A stretch of DNA of 64,000 bases from Octopus vulgaris (Eukaryota), in contig OX597839.1 in the NCBI GenBank assembly GCA_951406725.2, positions 24,428,001 to 24,492,000 on the forward strand. The letters run 5' to 3'. The notes under the pieces were generated by a model. The model saw nothing but the letters and a program-made list of their open reading frames with translations. It made no database searches and had not been told where the DNA came from. Positions 11,406 to 22,710 of the stretch are shown piece after piece (position 1 is the stretch's first letter; the number at the start of each line of letters is the position of its first letter). The position numbers were made by a program, and so were the translations under genes.

Positions 11406-12431
11406 GCATTCTTGTTTAAGAATAATATATGTGTGTATGTATGTTAATATGTATGTGTGTGTGTGTGTGTGTGCGTGCATGTGTGTGTTTATCCTTATAC
11501 CACCACTTAAAAACCGGTGTTGGTTTGTTGATATCCCGTAACCTAGCTGTTCGGTAAAAGAGACCAATAAGATAGGTACCAGTCTTAACAAAAATAAAAA
11601 CAAAACACAGGATGTTGATTCATTTGACTAAAAGTCCTTCAAGGCAGTGCCCCAGCATGGCCGCAGTCTAATGACTGAAACAAAAGGTAAAAAAAAAATA
11701 ATTAATAAATAAACAAACAAAAATGACCACCGGCTGGTAAGCAGCCAAAAAGCCCATAAATCCGCTGCCAATTCTTCACACCCAATATCCTACACTTGGT
11801 GGTGCTGGTAACGAGAGGGCGAGAGTGGTGGTGGTGGGGGAGAGGTTGGTCGAAAGCGTAGCGGGTGTTTCGTAAGTAAAGGGAAGTAACAACTATTTGC
11901 ACTTTCCTCATTGATTGGCAGAGTTGTTGGCTAAATGAAATATTTAATAAATGCCATTCGGTCACTGATAAATTAATTTAGTGAATGGCGTGAGGAGTTG
12001 AAAGGCGACAAATGAAAGCCTCGTCCATAATGTATGAATCAAGGTTATTCCTTACTGGTGTGACTGGAGATGAGCCAAGCTAAAGCAGTTTTAAATAGAT
12101 GTTGCTGTTGTTGTTGTTGTTGGTGGCGGTGGTGGTGTGTAGAGGAAGGGGTCAGTTCTATTAATATTGCACTTACATTATATATATGGGTGGTGGTGGT
12201 GGTGGTGGTGCTTTGTAGTTTAGACACAGACTCCTGGTGGCTGGGTGTAGGAGTGAGTGTGTGTGTGTGGGGGGGTCAGACTCCTGGTGGAGGTGTGTGT
12301 AGGGAGGCGGGGGGGCAGACACTTGGTGGGTGTATATGTGTGTGTGGGGAGGGCAGGCTCTTCGTGGGCGTATACACGTGTGTGTCTGCATGTGTTTGAG
12401 TGAGTGTAGAGGGCAGACTTGTAGTGGGTGT

Positions 12432-12477
<46 letters not shown>

Positions 12478-12732
12478 ATATAATGGTATATTCCCAGTGG
12501 GTCTATGTGTGAATGGAGTAGACTCTTCAGGTGTATGTGTGTGTGTGTGTATGGAATAATCTGTTTGGGAAGACACCTAATGTGTGTGTGTGTGTGCGTG
12601 CGTGCGCGCACGCGCATGGGATAGAATCTTGGATGTGTGTATGAGGGAGACTCCAAGTGAGAGTATGGATGTGTATGGGGGTAGACTCCAAGGGGTTGTG
12701 TAAGTGTACAGGATAAACAAACAAAAAGGAGG

Positions 12733-13030
12733 GGAAGAAGAGCAAGACAAAGGGGGAGGAAGAAGAGCAAGACAAGAGGAGGAGGAGGAAGAGCAAGACA
12801 AGAGGAGGAGGAAGAAGAGCAAGACAAAGGGAGGAGGAAGAGCAAGACAAGAGGAGGAGGAAGAAGAGCAAGACAAAGGGAGGAGGAAGAGCAAGACAAG
12901 AGGAGGAGGGAGAAGAGCAAGACAAAGGGGGAGGAAGAAGAGCAAGACAAGAGAAGGAGGAAGAGCAAAACAAAAGGGGGGAAGAAGAGCAAGACAAAAG
13001 GGGGAGGAGGAGAAAGAGCAAGACAAAAGG
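12733..13030. repeat. Purine-rich minisatellite GAAGAGCAAGACAA(G/A)GGAGGAG
   Basis: ~12 units of 23-27 bp. Confidence 0.9.
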
Positions 13031-13442
13031 AGGGGGAGGGCAAATGGAATACATATGTAAAGAAACAAACAAAGCCTAATTAGAATGGCAAATATTAAAT
13101 AGATTTGATGAAAATAACATTAATTATAGGCAAAAATAAAAGGAAAACACAAAAAGGAATGTGTTTTTAAACAGTTGACAGGAAATATATGAAATAAAGT
13201 CAAACAAAAAAACAAAAAATAGTAATTTAAGACACAAGTGAAATTCTTTCCAAAATATTTCAAAACGAGCAGAGTTCATTGGAATGTGAATCACAACTTT
13301 TTAGCAGTTTAGCTTCCTTTTTTTTTTTTGTTGAAATATTTCTGCTTTGTTTGACGAGAGGAGGTTTGGTGAAATTTTCTGAGTGATAATCTAGAAATTG
13401 GAAATGACCAGAGCTAACACCAAGGAATGGATAATAAATAAA

Positions 13443-14285
13443 CAGGAGTGGCCGTGTGGTAAGTAGCTTGCTAACCAACCACATGGTTCCGGGTTCAGCC
13501 CCACTGCGTGGCATCTTGGGCAAGTGTCTTCTGCTATAGCCTCGGGCCGACCACATGGTTCCGAGTTCAACCCCACTGCGTGGCATCTTGGGCAAATGTC
13601 TTCTGCTATAGCACCGGGCCGACCAATGCCTTGTGAGTGGATTTGGTAGACGGAAACTGAAAGAAGCCCGTCGTATATATGTATATATATATGTATATAT
13701 ATGTGTATGTGTGTGTGTTTGTCCCCCTAGCATTGCTTGACAACCGATGCTGGTGTGTTTACGTCCCCGTCACTTAGCAGTTCGGCAAAAGAGACTGATA
13801 GAATAAGTACTGGGCTTACAAAGAATAAGTCCCGGAGTTGATTTGCTCGACTAAAAGCGGTGCTCCAGCATGGCCGCAGTCAAATGACTGAAACAAGTAA
13901 AAGAGGGAGGGAAAAGAAAATATAATGAAAGGCGCAGGAGTGGCTGTGTGGTAAGACGCTTGTTTCCCAACCACATGGTTCTTGGTTCAGTCTCACTACA
14001 TGGCACCTTGGGCAAGTGTCTCTATTATAGCCTCGGGTTGACCAAATCCTTGAGAGTGGATTTGGAAGATGGATATTGAAAGAAGCCTGTTGTGTGTGTT
14101 TGTCCTCCACCATCGCTTGACAACCAATGTTGGTGTGTTTATGTCCCCATAACTCAGTGATTCAGCAAAAGAGACTGATAGAATAAGTACTAGGCTTACA
14201 AAAAATAAGTCCTGGGGTTAAATTGTTCGACTAAAGGCAGTGCTCCAGCATGGCCACGGTCAAATGACTGAAACAAGGAAAAGGA
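13443..14285 (+). mobile_element. Two adjacent SINE family A copies (13443-13905 with internal ~72-bp duplication; 13931-14285)
   Basis: Colinear with family consensus. Confidence 0.85.
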
Positions 14286-14752
14286 AAAAGACGTCAAATA
14301 GGTGAAGGTGTGTTAAGATGTTTGCTTTCTAACCATGTGGTGTTGGGTGTCTTTTATTATAGCCCTGGGCCAACCAGCCTTGTGAGTAGATTTGGGAGAT
14401 GGAAACTGAAAAAACCCCATCATGTGTGTGTATGTATACATACACACATACGTGTATATATACACATGTTTATACACATACACATACATATGTATATACA
14501 TACCTCATATGTATTGACATATGTATATGTATATACATACCTCATATGTATATACATACTTTTTTTTATAGAAGCAAATCTGACTTACACAGAGGGTCCC
14601 CAACTCTTTCATCAGTTATCAGCCAGAGGGTCACACACAATTTTGTGCCTTTATCATCATCATCATCATTTAGTGTCCGCTTTCCATGCTAGCATGGGTT
14701 GGACGGTTCAACTGGGGTCTGGGAAGCCAGAAGGCTTAAAAAATATATATAT

Positions 14753-15140
14753 AGGCGCAGGAGTGGCTGTGTGGTAAGTAGCTTGCTAACCAACCACATG
14801 GTTCCAGGTTCAGTACCACTGCGTGGCACTTTGGGCAAGTGTCTTCTGCTATAGCCCCGTGCCGACCAATGCCTTGTGAGTGGATTTGGTAGACGGAAAC
14901 TGAAAGAAGCCTGTCGTATATATGTATATATATGTGTTTGTGTGTCTGTGTTTGTCTCCCTAGCATTGCTTGACAACTGATGCTGGTGTGTTTATGTCCC
15001 CGTCACTTAGCGGTTCAGCATAAGAGACCGATGGTATAAGTACTGGGTTTACAAAGAATAAGTCCCGGGGTCGATTTGCTCGACTAAAGGCGGTGCTCCA
15101 GCATGGCCGCAGTCAAATGACTGAAACAAGTAAAAGAATA
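14753..15140 (+). mobile_element. tRNA-derived SINE family A (~390 bp; CORE-like block, internal TA/TG microsatellite), full-length copy
   Basis: A box TGGCTGTGTGG, B box GGTTCAGTACC, TTGGGCAAGTGTCTT block, tail CCAGCATGGCCGCAGTCAAATGACTGAAACAAGTAAAAGA; more than 30 copies or fragments in the window. Confidence 0.9.
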
Positions 15141-15147
15141 ATAAGAG

Positions 15148-15192
<45 letters not shown>

Positions 15193-16030
15193 GGTAAAAA
15201 TCTAGAAATTGGAAATTTCCAAGCTAACACAAGTGAAAAAATAAATAAATAAATAAATAAACAGAGAACAAAAAAAAAAAAAATCAGAAAACATCAACAA
15301 CAACAACAACAAAAATGAAGCAAGCAAAAAAAAAAAAATTTATTGGGCCAAACATAGCAGATGGAAAGAAAAAAAGCAAAAAAAAAAACTGTAAAAGACA
15401 AAAACAAAAACAAATCCAGCAACATTTGCAGAATATTCTCTGTAAAAGATGGGGAGGAATTTTCAGTAGATGCGAGAAACAAGATGATGGACAATGTCAG
15501 CTTGCTAGTTGCATTGATGAAGCTATATTAATTTCTTTAAATCAATCGGTTTTGAAAAGAAACTGCTTTAACGAAAACATCGATCAATATGTTAGAGTGA
15601 ATCCCAGAAAACGGTTGTGTGCCAGAATGCCGCCAGGTATATAAATATAAAACTACTCGGTTGCTTCTTGTTGTTGTTGTATTTGTTGTTGTTCTTTTTT
15701 TTTCTTCTTAAGATGGAGAAAAAATTCTCAGAAGAGAGAAAAGACGGGGGCGGCAAAAAAAAAAAATAGCTCAATAATGGAACAGCAGCAATCTGAAAAG
15801 AAATTTTTTTTTTAAATCAATAAGTACTCCCTAAAGAGTTCATAATATGAACACCCGATACTGAGTAGGAGGGGGGCACTTCTGGGGACTATTCTTGGTA
15901 GAGAGAAAAGAAATATAGACACACACACACACACATACATATATATATATATGTATATATATGTATATGTATATATTTCGTTTTGGGATTTGGTTTGCAA
16001 GATTCTTTATGTGAGTTCGTGCGTTAAAGC

Positions 16031-16259
16031 ATATTCTGTTGTGTCTGGGGAGGGTCATTCTCTTTTGGTGCCTTATATCATTTAACACACACACAGGTAA
16101 AGTTTCCACTCATTTACTTGTTTTTCTAAAATTTTCCTTGCAAGACACAATGGAAATTATAGAAAAATATATAAGTAAATGAATGGAAACTTTACCAGTG
16201 AGTGTGTTAAATGATAAGGCACTAAAAGAGAATGACCCTCTCCAGACACAGCACAATAT
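16031..16259. mobile_element. Fold-back element ending at (TA)n
   Basis: ~105-bp inverted arms (GTGTCTGGGGAGGGTCATTCTC.../...GAGAATGACCCTCTCCAGACAC) with a short spacer. Confidence 0.6.
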
Positions 16260-16271
16260 ATATATATATAT

Positions 16272-16650
16272 GTGCAGGAGTCTGTGTGGTAAGTAGCTTG
16301 TTTACCAACCACATGGTTCCGGGTTCAGCTCCACTGCATGGCAAGTGTCTTCTACTATGGCCTCGAGCTGACCAAAGCCTTGTGAGTGGATTTGGTAGAC
16401 GGAAACTGAAAGAAGCCCGTCGTATATATGTATATATATATGTATGTGTTTGTCCCCCTAGCATTGCTTGACAACCGATGCTGGTGTGTTTATGTCCCAT
16501 GGGCGACTTAGCGGTCTTCGGCAAAATGAGACCGATGGGAATAAGTACTGGGCTTACAAAGAATAAGTCCCGGGGTCGAGTTGCTCGATTAAAGGTGGTG
16601 CTCCAGCATGGCCGCAGTCAAATGACTGAAACAGGTAAAAGAGAGTAAAA
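16272..16650 (+). mobile_element. SINE family A copy
   Basis: Colinear with family consensus. Confidence 0.85.
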
Positions 16651-17342
16651 AGAGAGAGCATAGGCAAATCCCAAATAAAAAAACAGGATAAAAACAACCA
16701 AAGTCAAGTAGATGTACCCAGTGAATGTTTTAGATTGGTGCTCAGTGAAAATTCGAAATAAGTGGTTCTCAACTGAAATCAAATCATTTTCACCAGGTGA
16801 GTGGACTGGAGCAAAGTGAAGTAAAGTATCTTGCTCAAGGACACACCACGCCACAGGGAATTGAACTCACAACCTTACAATTGGGAGCTAGATAACATAA
16901 TCACTAAGTCATGTGCGTTCACCTGGAAAATATGTGAAAACCTAGCAGCAGACATTGTTTGTTTCATGGGACGGAAAGGAAAGAAATTGAGTTTTTCAGT
17001 CCAAGACCATAAAAAAAAAAAAGAAAAGAACAACCCCTCCCCTCAAAATCAAAAGGTTTGTCTGGTTAGTCTCTGATATTCACCTTCAATCAAAGAATCA
17101 ATGAATAGTATTTTTGTGTATTCTTTGTATATTCTTTGTAATTTCGGTTGTGTTTCACTTTGTTCTTTGGCCGATTTCTCTTTTGAGATCGATGCCTAAG
17201 AAACATCTGCCAGAAGATGAAATGGAGACAGCAATAAATAAAACCAAAGAATTTTTCTTCCTTACCAAAAAATGACAGGGAAAAAAAAAAAGGAAAAATC
17301 AGGAAAGCTTCATTAAAAGATATTGTAGGGAAATCTCATTAA

Positions 17343-17383
<41 letters not shown>

Positions 17384-17520
17384 GTAGATGTACTTCCATA
17401 GCAAGTGACCTGATTTGAGATCGTGTGCTGGAACAAAAGCAATTGCAGCGTGGAAGGTGTTTATAAGCCATTTAAGAAATACAGAAAAACCGTTAGATTC
17501 ACTTCAACATTTAAATTTAA

Positions 17521-17571
17521 TTTGCCAAAATATTTTCAGCCCTTTGAGACTGCGACCTGTTCACTGACAAA
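17521..17571 (-). ncRNA. Hammerhead-like motif, G3:C8 core variant (left arm of palindrome)
   Basis: Minus strand TTTGTCA GTGAACA G GTCGC agtctcaaa GGGCT GAAA ATAT TT TGGCAAA; stem I intact, stem II 3' side damaged. Confidence 0.55.
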
Positions 17572-17593
17572 TTTCTGTGCTGCATCATGGAAT

Positions 17594-17644
17594 TTTGTCA
17601 GTGAACAGGTCACGGTCTCAAAGCGATGAAAATATTTGGGCAAA
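17594..17644 (+). ncRNA. Hammerhead-like motif, G3:C8 core variant (right arm of palindrome)
   Basis: TTTGTCA GTGAACA G GTCAC ggtctcaaa GCGAT GAAA ATAT TT GGGCAAA; the consensus with the left-arm copy restores stem I and stem II pairing. Confidence 0.6.
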
Positions 17645-17768
17645 TTAAATTTAAATGTTGAAGTGAATCTAACGGTTTTTGTGTGTTTCTTAAATGGCTT
17701 ATAAACACCTTCCACGCTGCAATTGTTTATATATATTGATTAAACCTCGCTAAGTTAAATATTTCAAT

Positions 17769-17831
17769 CACCTGAAGAATGACTGTAACTTGAATTTTTA
17801 CGAATTGGACAGCCATGAAACGATCGTAGTG
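17769..17831 (+). ncRNA. Minimal type I hammerhead ribozyme (canonical core, Penelope-type palindromic stem III)
   Basis: CAC CTGAAGA ATGACTGT..22 nt..ACAGCCAT GAAA CGATCG TA GTG; cleavage triplet GUA. Confidence 0.75.
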
Positions 17832-18448
17832 TTATACTAATTATCTTTTTTTAATAATTTTGATATATATTTAAAATAATATAAATTAATTAATCTTATG
17901 TATTGGCTTAAGTTTTTCATTGTATGATTTGCCTAATAGTGGTTTTATCTCTAATTTAATATAATATATATATATATATCTTATCTTTTACTTGTTTCAG
18001 TCACTACATTGTGGCCATGCTGGGGCACCACCTTGAAGAATTTTAGTTCACTGAATCGACCCCAGGACTTATAAAAGCCTGGTATGTATTCTATCAGGCT
18101 CTTTTCCAAACCGCTAAGTTATGAGAATGTAAACCCACCAACAATGGTTGTCAAGTGATGGAGATACGCAAACATACCCACACACACAACCACAGGCTTC
18201 TTTCAGTTTCCATGTACCAAATCCACTCACAAGGCCTTGGTCAGCCCAAGGATATAGACGTGTTTGCTTTTATGTTCAGTTATAATAAAAACAATTTTAA
18301 ATTAACCTGATGGGTTACTCGATGCTTGTGGAGTACAAGTTTGTTATTCTTGTACAAGACTGTTGTTGACAGTGACTTCGAAGTATCGGCCAGCTAAGCC
18401 ATCATCAAAAAAAAAAAAACATATATATATATACACACACACACACAT

Positions 18449-18637
18449 AGGGTGTGATGGGTAAATTGTTGCCATTTTATATTTTTAATTTTGCACATCC
18501 GCATTGTTTGTTTTTGATTTTGTCGACTACACAGTATAGTGGGGTCAGTTGGGCACCCTCAGTGATAAAAACAGCACCATGACACAATTCACTCTGCCAG
18601 AAATTCGGAAATTACATGCTCTACTGCCTGGCATTCA
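18449..18637 (+). mobile_element. Possible 5' fragment of a Tc1/mariner element with the start of a transposase (MTQFTLPEIRK...)
   Basis: AGGGTGTGATGGGTAAATTGT terminus-like sequence followed by ATG at 18579; truncated by microsatellite; no second TIR seen. Confidence 0.35.
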
Positions 18638-18747
18638 CACATTCTGTGTGTATCTATGTATAAATATATATATATTAATACATAGATACACACAGATACA
18701 TAACATTACACACACAAATATATGTGTGTGTGTGTGTGTATGTATAT

Positions 18748-18782
<35 letters not shown>

Positions 18783-19000
18783 CATCATCATCATCATCGT
18801 TTAGCCTCCGTTTTCCATGCTAGCATGGGTTGGACGGTTCTACTGGGGTCTGTGAAGCCAGAAGGCTTCATCAGGCCCAGTCAAATCTGGCAGTGTTTCT
18901 GGGCCTGATGAAATATATTTAAATTTAAGACCATAGCGGATCTATTTCTAGCATAAGGGTGTCCACATAGTGGTTTCCCTCTAATATGTATGTATATGTG

Positions 19001-19068
<68 letters not shown>

Positions 19069-20613
19069 GAGAGAGAGACAGAGAGACAGGGATACATTAC
19101 ATATGTATGTGAGTGTGTTACTATATATATACATATGTATGCATGTAACAACATCCCAACTGGGTCTGAAAAGGAATCGGTAAATCTAATTTACTCCTAT
19201 GGTTCCACAATTGGAAATGGCATGTAAAGAATATGGTGCTGCAATCGAACAGCTCCAGAGGGATTTCTAGCAAAACCCTCATCATTGCTTTTTCTTCTTC
19301 ATTTTTTTTCCCCCCTATTTTTTTAGGTTCTATTAAACATTTATCTATTATCTCTTTAGCAGGTTTCAATCTACCCATTTCTCTGTCAGTCTGTCCGTCC
19401 ACCATTTTATTGATCAGACACCATATTACTTTCAAATCCAACTTTCAGCCTCATCTTTTCCCATATAGTTCTTTATTTACCTCACAAATTGTTTTTGTGT
19501 GTGTGTGTAGGCGCAGCCGTGGCTGTGTGTTAAAAAAACTTGCTTTCCAACCACATGGTTCTGGGTTCGGTCCCACTGCATGGCACCTTGGACGAGTGTC
19601 TTCTACTATAGCTCCAGGCTGACAAAAGCCCTGTGAATGGATTTAGTATACAGAAACTGTAAGAAGTCAGTCACATGTGCAGGGATATAGGCACCGGTGT
19701 AGGCATGTGGTAAGAAATTTGCTTCCTAACCACATGGTTTCGGGTTCAGTCCCGCTACATGGCACCTATGGCTAGTATCTTCAACTATAAGCTCAGGCTG
19801 ATCAAAGCCATGTAAGTGGATTTGGTAGATGGAAACTGAAAGACGTCCATCATTTACATATATATATATATGTAAAAAAAACACCACTTTGAGTGTGGCC
19901 GTTGCCAGTACAGCCAGACTGGCCCTCATGCCGGTGGTGCGTAAAAGCATCCACTACTCTCGGAGTGGTTGACGTTAGGAAGGGCAACCAGCTATAGAAA
20001 CTCTGCCAGATCAGATTGGAGCCTGGTGCAGCCATCGCCAGTCTTCATTCAAATCGTCCGACCCATGCTAGCATGGAAAGCGGATGTTAAATGATGATGA
20101 TGATGATGATTGATATATATATATATATATATATGATGATCATCATTTAATGTCCATTGTAGATGCATCTATATATATTTATGTGTGTGTATCTTTATGT
20201 CTGTTTGTCCCTCACTACCAGTGACTATCAGTGTTGATGTGTTTAGATCCCTGTAACTTAGCAGCTCAGCAAAAGAGACTGACAGAATAAGTACCAGGCT
20301 CAAGAAACAAAAAAAAGTACCAGGACCAATTCACCTGACTAGAAATCCAAGTCAGAGCTCCAGCATGGTCGCATCTAATAACTGAAACAAGATGAAAGCT
20401 ATCTGAGTGTGTGTGTGTGTAACTAATGTCACCTGTGCTAGTGCTACATAAAAAGCACCAAGTCCACTCGGCTGGGTGGTTGGTGTTAGGAAGAGCTGTA
20501 AAAACCCTACCAAAACAGCCACAGCATCCTAGGGTGCATGCATCGAAAATAGACATTGAATAATGGCTACATGTATATAATGGAATACTTACTATGAAGC
20601 ATTGTGTAGAATG

Positions 20614-20871
20614 TATTGTATAAAGGATCGTGGGTAAGGCCAGAACAATGCCAAGTTAATGCAAGGCAAATCACAAATAAACACATGTGAATTAATGTAG
20701 ACTTACTTTGCATTCGATATTTCAGGGTGATAAGCCCATTTTCAAGAAATTAACAAATGTTGCCCATGTGCATGGGGTCAGTCTACATTAATTCATATAC
20801 CTGTTTTCATGTGATTTGCCTTACATTTACTTCACATTGTTCTGGCCTTACCCACAATCCTTTATACAATA
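20614..20871. mobile_element. Fold-back element, Penelope pLTR-like
   Basis: Arms 20614-20703 and 20780-20871, followed by (TA)n; hammerhead in the spacer. Confidence 0.55.
20713..20748 (-). ncRNA. Minimal hammerhead-like motif, U3:A8 core
   Basis: Minus strand TTC TTGAAAA TGGG cttatca CCCT GAAA TA TC GAA; lies in the spacer of a ~90-bp-arm inverted repeat. Confidence 0.55.
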
Positions 20872-21113
20872 TATATATATTATATATATGCGTGTGTGTG
20901 TTTGTGTGTCTGTCCCCCTAGCATTGCTTGACAACTGATACTGGTGTGTGTTATGTCCCCGTTACTTAGTGGTTCGGCAAAAGAGACCGATAGAATAAGT
21001 ACTGGGCTTACAAAAGAACAAGTCCTGGGGTCGAGTTGCTCGATTGAAGGCAGTGCTCCAGCATGGCCGCAGTCAAATGACTGAAACAAGTAAAAGAGTA
21101 TATATATATATAT

Positions 21114-21574
21114 ATAATAGAAATATTAAAATAACTAAGTCTCTCTAAAAGAGAACAGCGGCAGCGTTCCCGGAAAATAATAGTTATCGCCATACTAATA
21201 TTAGTATGGCGATAACTATTATTTTCCGGGAACGCTGCCGCTGTTCTCTTTTAGAGAGACTTAGTTACTTTAATATTTCTATTATTGAAAACAAGTGGAT
21301 GTATTCCACCGAAACTAGGTAAATAAAACCATCGAACAGAGATTGTCGGAAGCGACACCTACTGGCTGGCTACGCTGCATTGAAAAGGGGCAATACTCCG
21401 AAACGCGTCTGTAGCTGCCGGTCAAGTAGTGTGGAGCGACTGACCTCCCTTGTTCGAAGGTTATATGGATACAGTTTGTGTATCAAATAGCTAACTTAAG
21501 GCGATGGCCTCATGGAGCTAATAAGCGGACAGCTTTTTTCTTATTTTTATAAGAATGCCATATTAGTATGGCGA

Positions 21575-21581
<7 letters not shown>
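21114..21581 (+). mobile_element. Non-autonomous Penelope-like/retrozyme-like element: 86-bp inverted head + 362-bp terminally redundant monomer
   Basis: Loopless palindrome 21114-21285 (one mismatch); ATATTAGTATGGCGATAACTAT repeated at 21198 and 21560; (TA)n on both sides; internal hammerhead. Confidence 0.7.
21359..21429 (+). ncRNA. Type I hammerhead ribozyme, U3:A8 core variant, extended stem I
   Basis: GCTGCA(21374-79) TTGAAAA(core 21380-86) GGGG caata CTCC (stem II) GAAA CGCG TC TGTAGC. Stem I extends GGCTGGC/GCCGGTC and CTACT/AGTAG across a TAC bulge. Cleavage triplet GUC at 21407-21409. Confidence 0.8.
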
Positions 21582-21609
<28 letters not shown>

Positions 21610-22139
21610 CTTTTAGTAAATTCCCAACATTTCTCAGTAATTTATCTCAATACCAGCATATAACTATGTCTATCTGTCTATAGCTATTTCTCCCCATTGA
21701 TCTATCCATCTGCCCAAGTCTATCAAAGTCGATCTGTCCATCTATGTCTATGTATTGAGACATCTAGATCTAACTTTACTTCCATTTCTGTCTGTCTGCC
21801 TGCCTACGTCTCTCTGTATTTGAATCTGTTTCTGTCCGTCCGTCTGTCGCTCTGCTCTTATCTTTTTTGTCTCTCTAGATGAAACAAGAGAAGTATTTAC
21901 CAATCTGTAGAACAATCTTGCTTCACCTCCATCCACAGACCCATATATCAACTGATCTATCCAACACACACACACACACACACACCAGAAACACATATAC
22001 ACACATATATACATACACACATATACATACGTATACACATACATACATGTACACATAGACATACATCATCATCATGCACCCACATGTATATACATGCATA
22101 TACACACATACATACATACACATATGCACACATACACAT

Positions 22140-22710
22140 ACCTACACTCATATATATACACATACATACACATATATATACATATATATATATACACACA
22201 CACACATACATATACACATGTACATATACACACACACACATGTACATTATAAACAAACATATATACACACACACATATACAAGGATATATACGTACACAC
22301 ATACAGATATCACACACAAATATACATACATACTCATATATATACACATACATACACATATATATACATATATATATACACACACACACATACATATACA
22401 CATACATGTACATATACACACACGTGTACATTATAAACAAACATATACACACACATACAGACATACATATACAAAGATATATACGTACACACATACACAG
22501 ATATCACACACAAATATACATACATACTCATATATACACATACATACACATATATACATATATATATATACACACACACACAAACATATACACATACATG
22601 TACATATACACACACGTGTACATTATAAACAAACATACACACACACACACACATATACAAAGACATACGTACACACATACAGATATACACACACAAATAT
22701 ACATACATAC
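22140..22710. repeat. Compound CA/TA microsatellite tandemly duplicated (~190-bp period)
   Basis: Marker TGTACATTATAAACAAACAT at 22241, 22426, 22617. Confidence 0.8.

Larger units (their letters stand above)
17381..17725. mobile_element. Fold-back element (arms 17440-17573 and 17591-17725) in TA tracts, Penelope pLTR-like
   Basis: ~134-bp inverted arms, each with a hammerhead-like motif; (TA)n on the left, short TA run on the right. Confidence 0.6.

Noticed and set aside
12276-13072. Overlapping 118-255 aa ORFs
   Set aside because: Purine-rich minisatellite and (CA)n; no splice or domain support.
15098-15137. Hairpin-GAAAC-AAG-TA in the SINE A tail resembling half a hammerhead
   Set aside because: No N3UGANN8A core or stem I; better explained as a LINE-type 3' stem-loop.
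18300-18350. CTGATGG...TACTC/GAGTA hairpin
   Set aside because: Possible very old hammerhead relic, but both core segments are broken; not supportable.
18901-18912. CTGATGA motif
   Set aside because: Inverted copy of TCATCAGGCCC from the adjacent RTE UTR fragment; no stems or GAAA follow.
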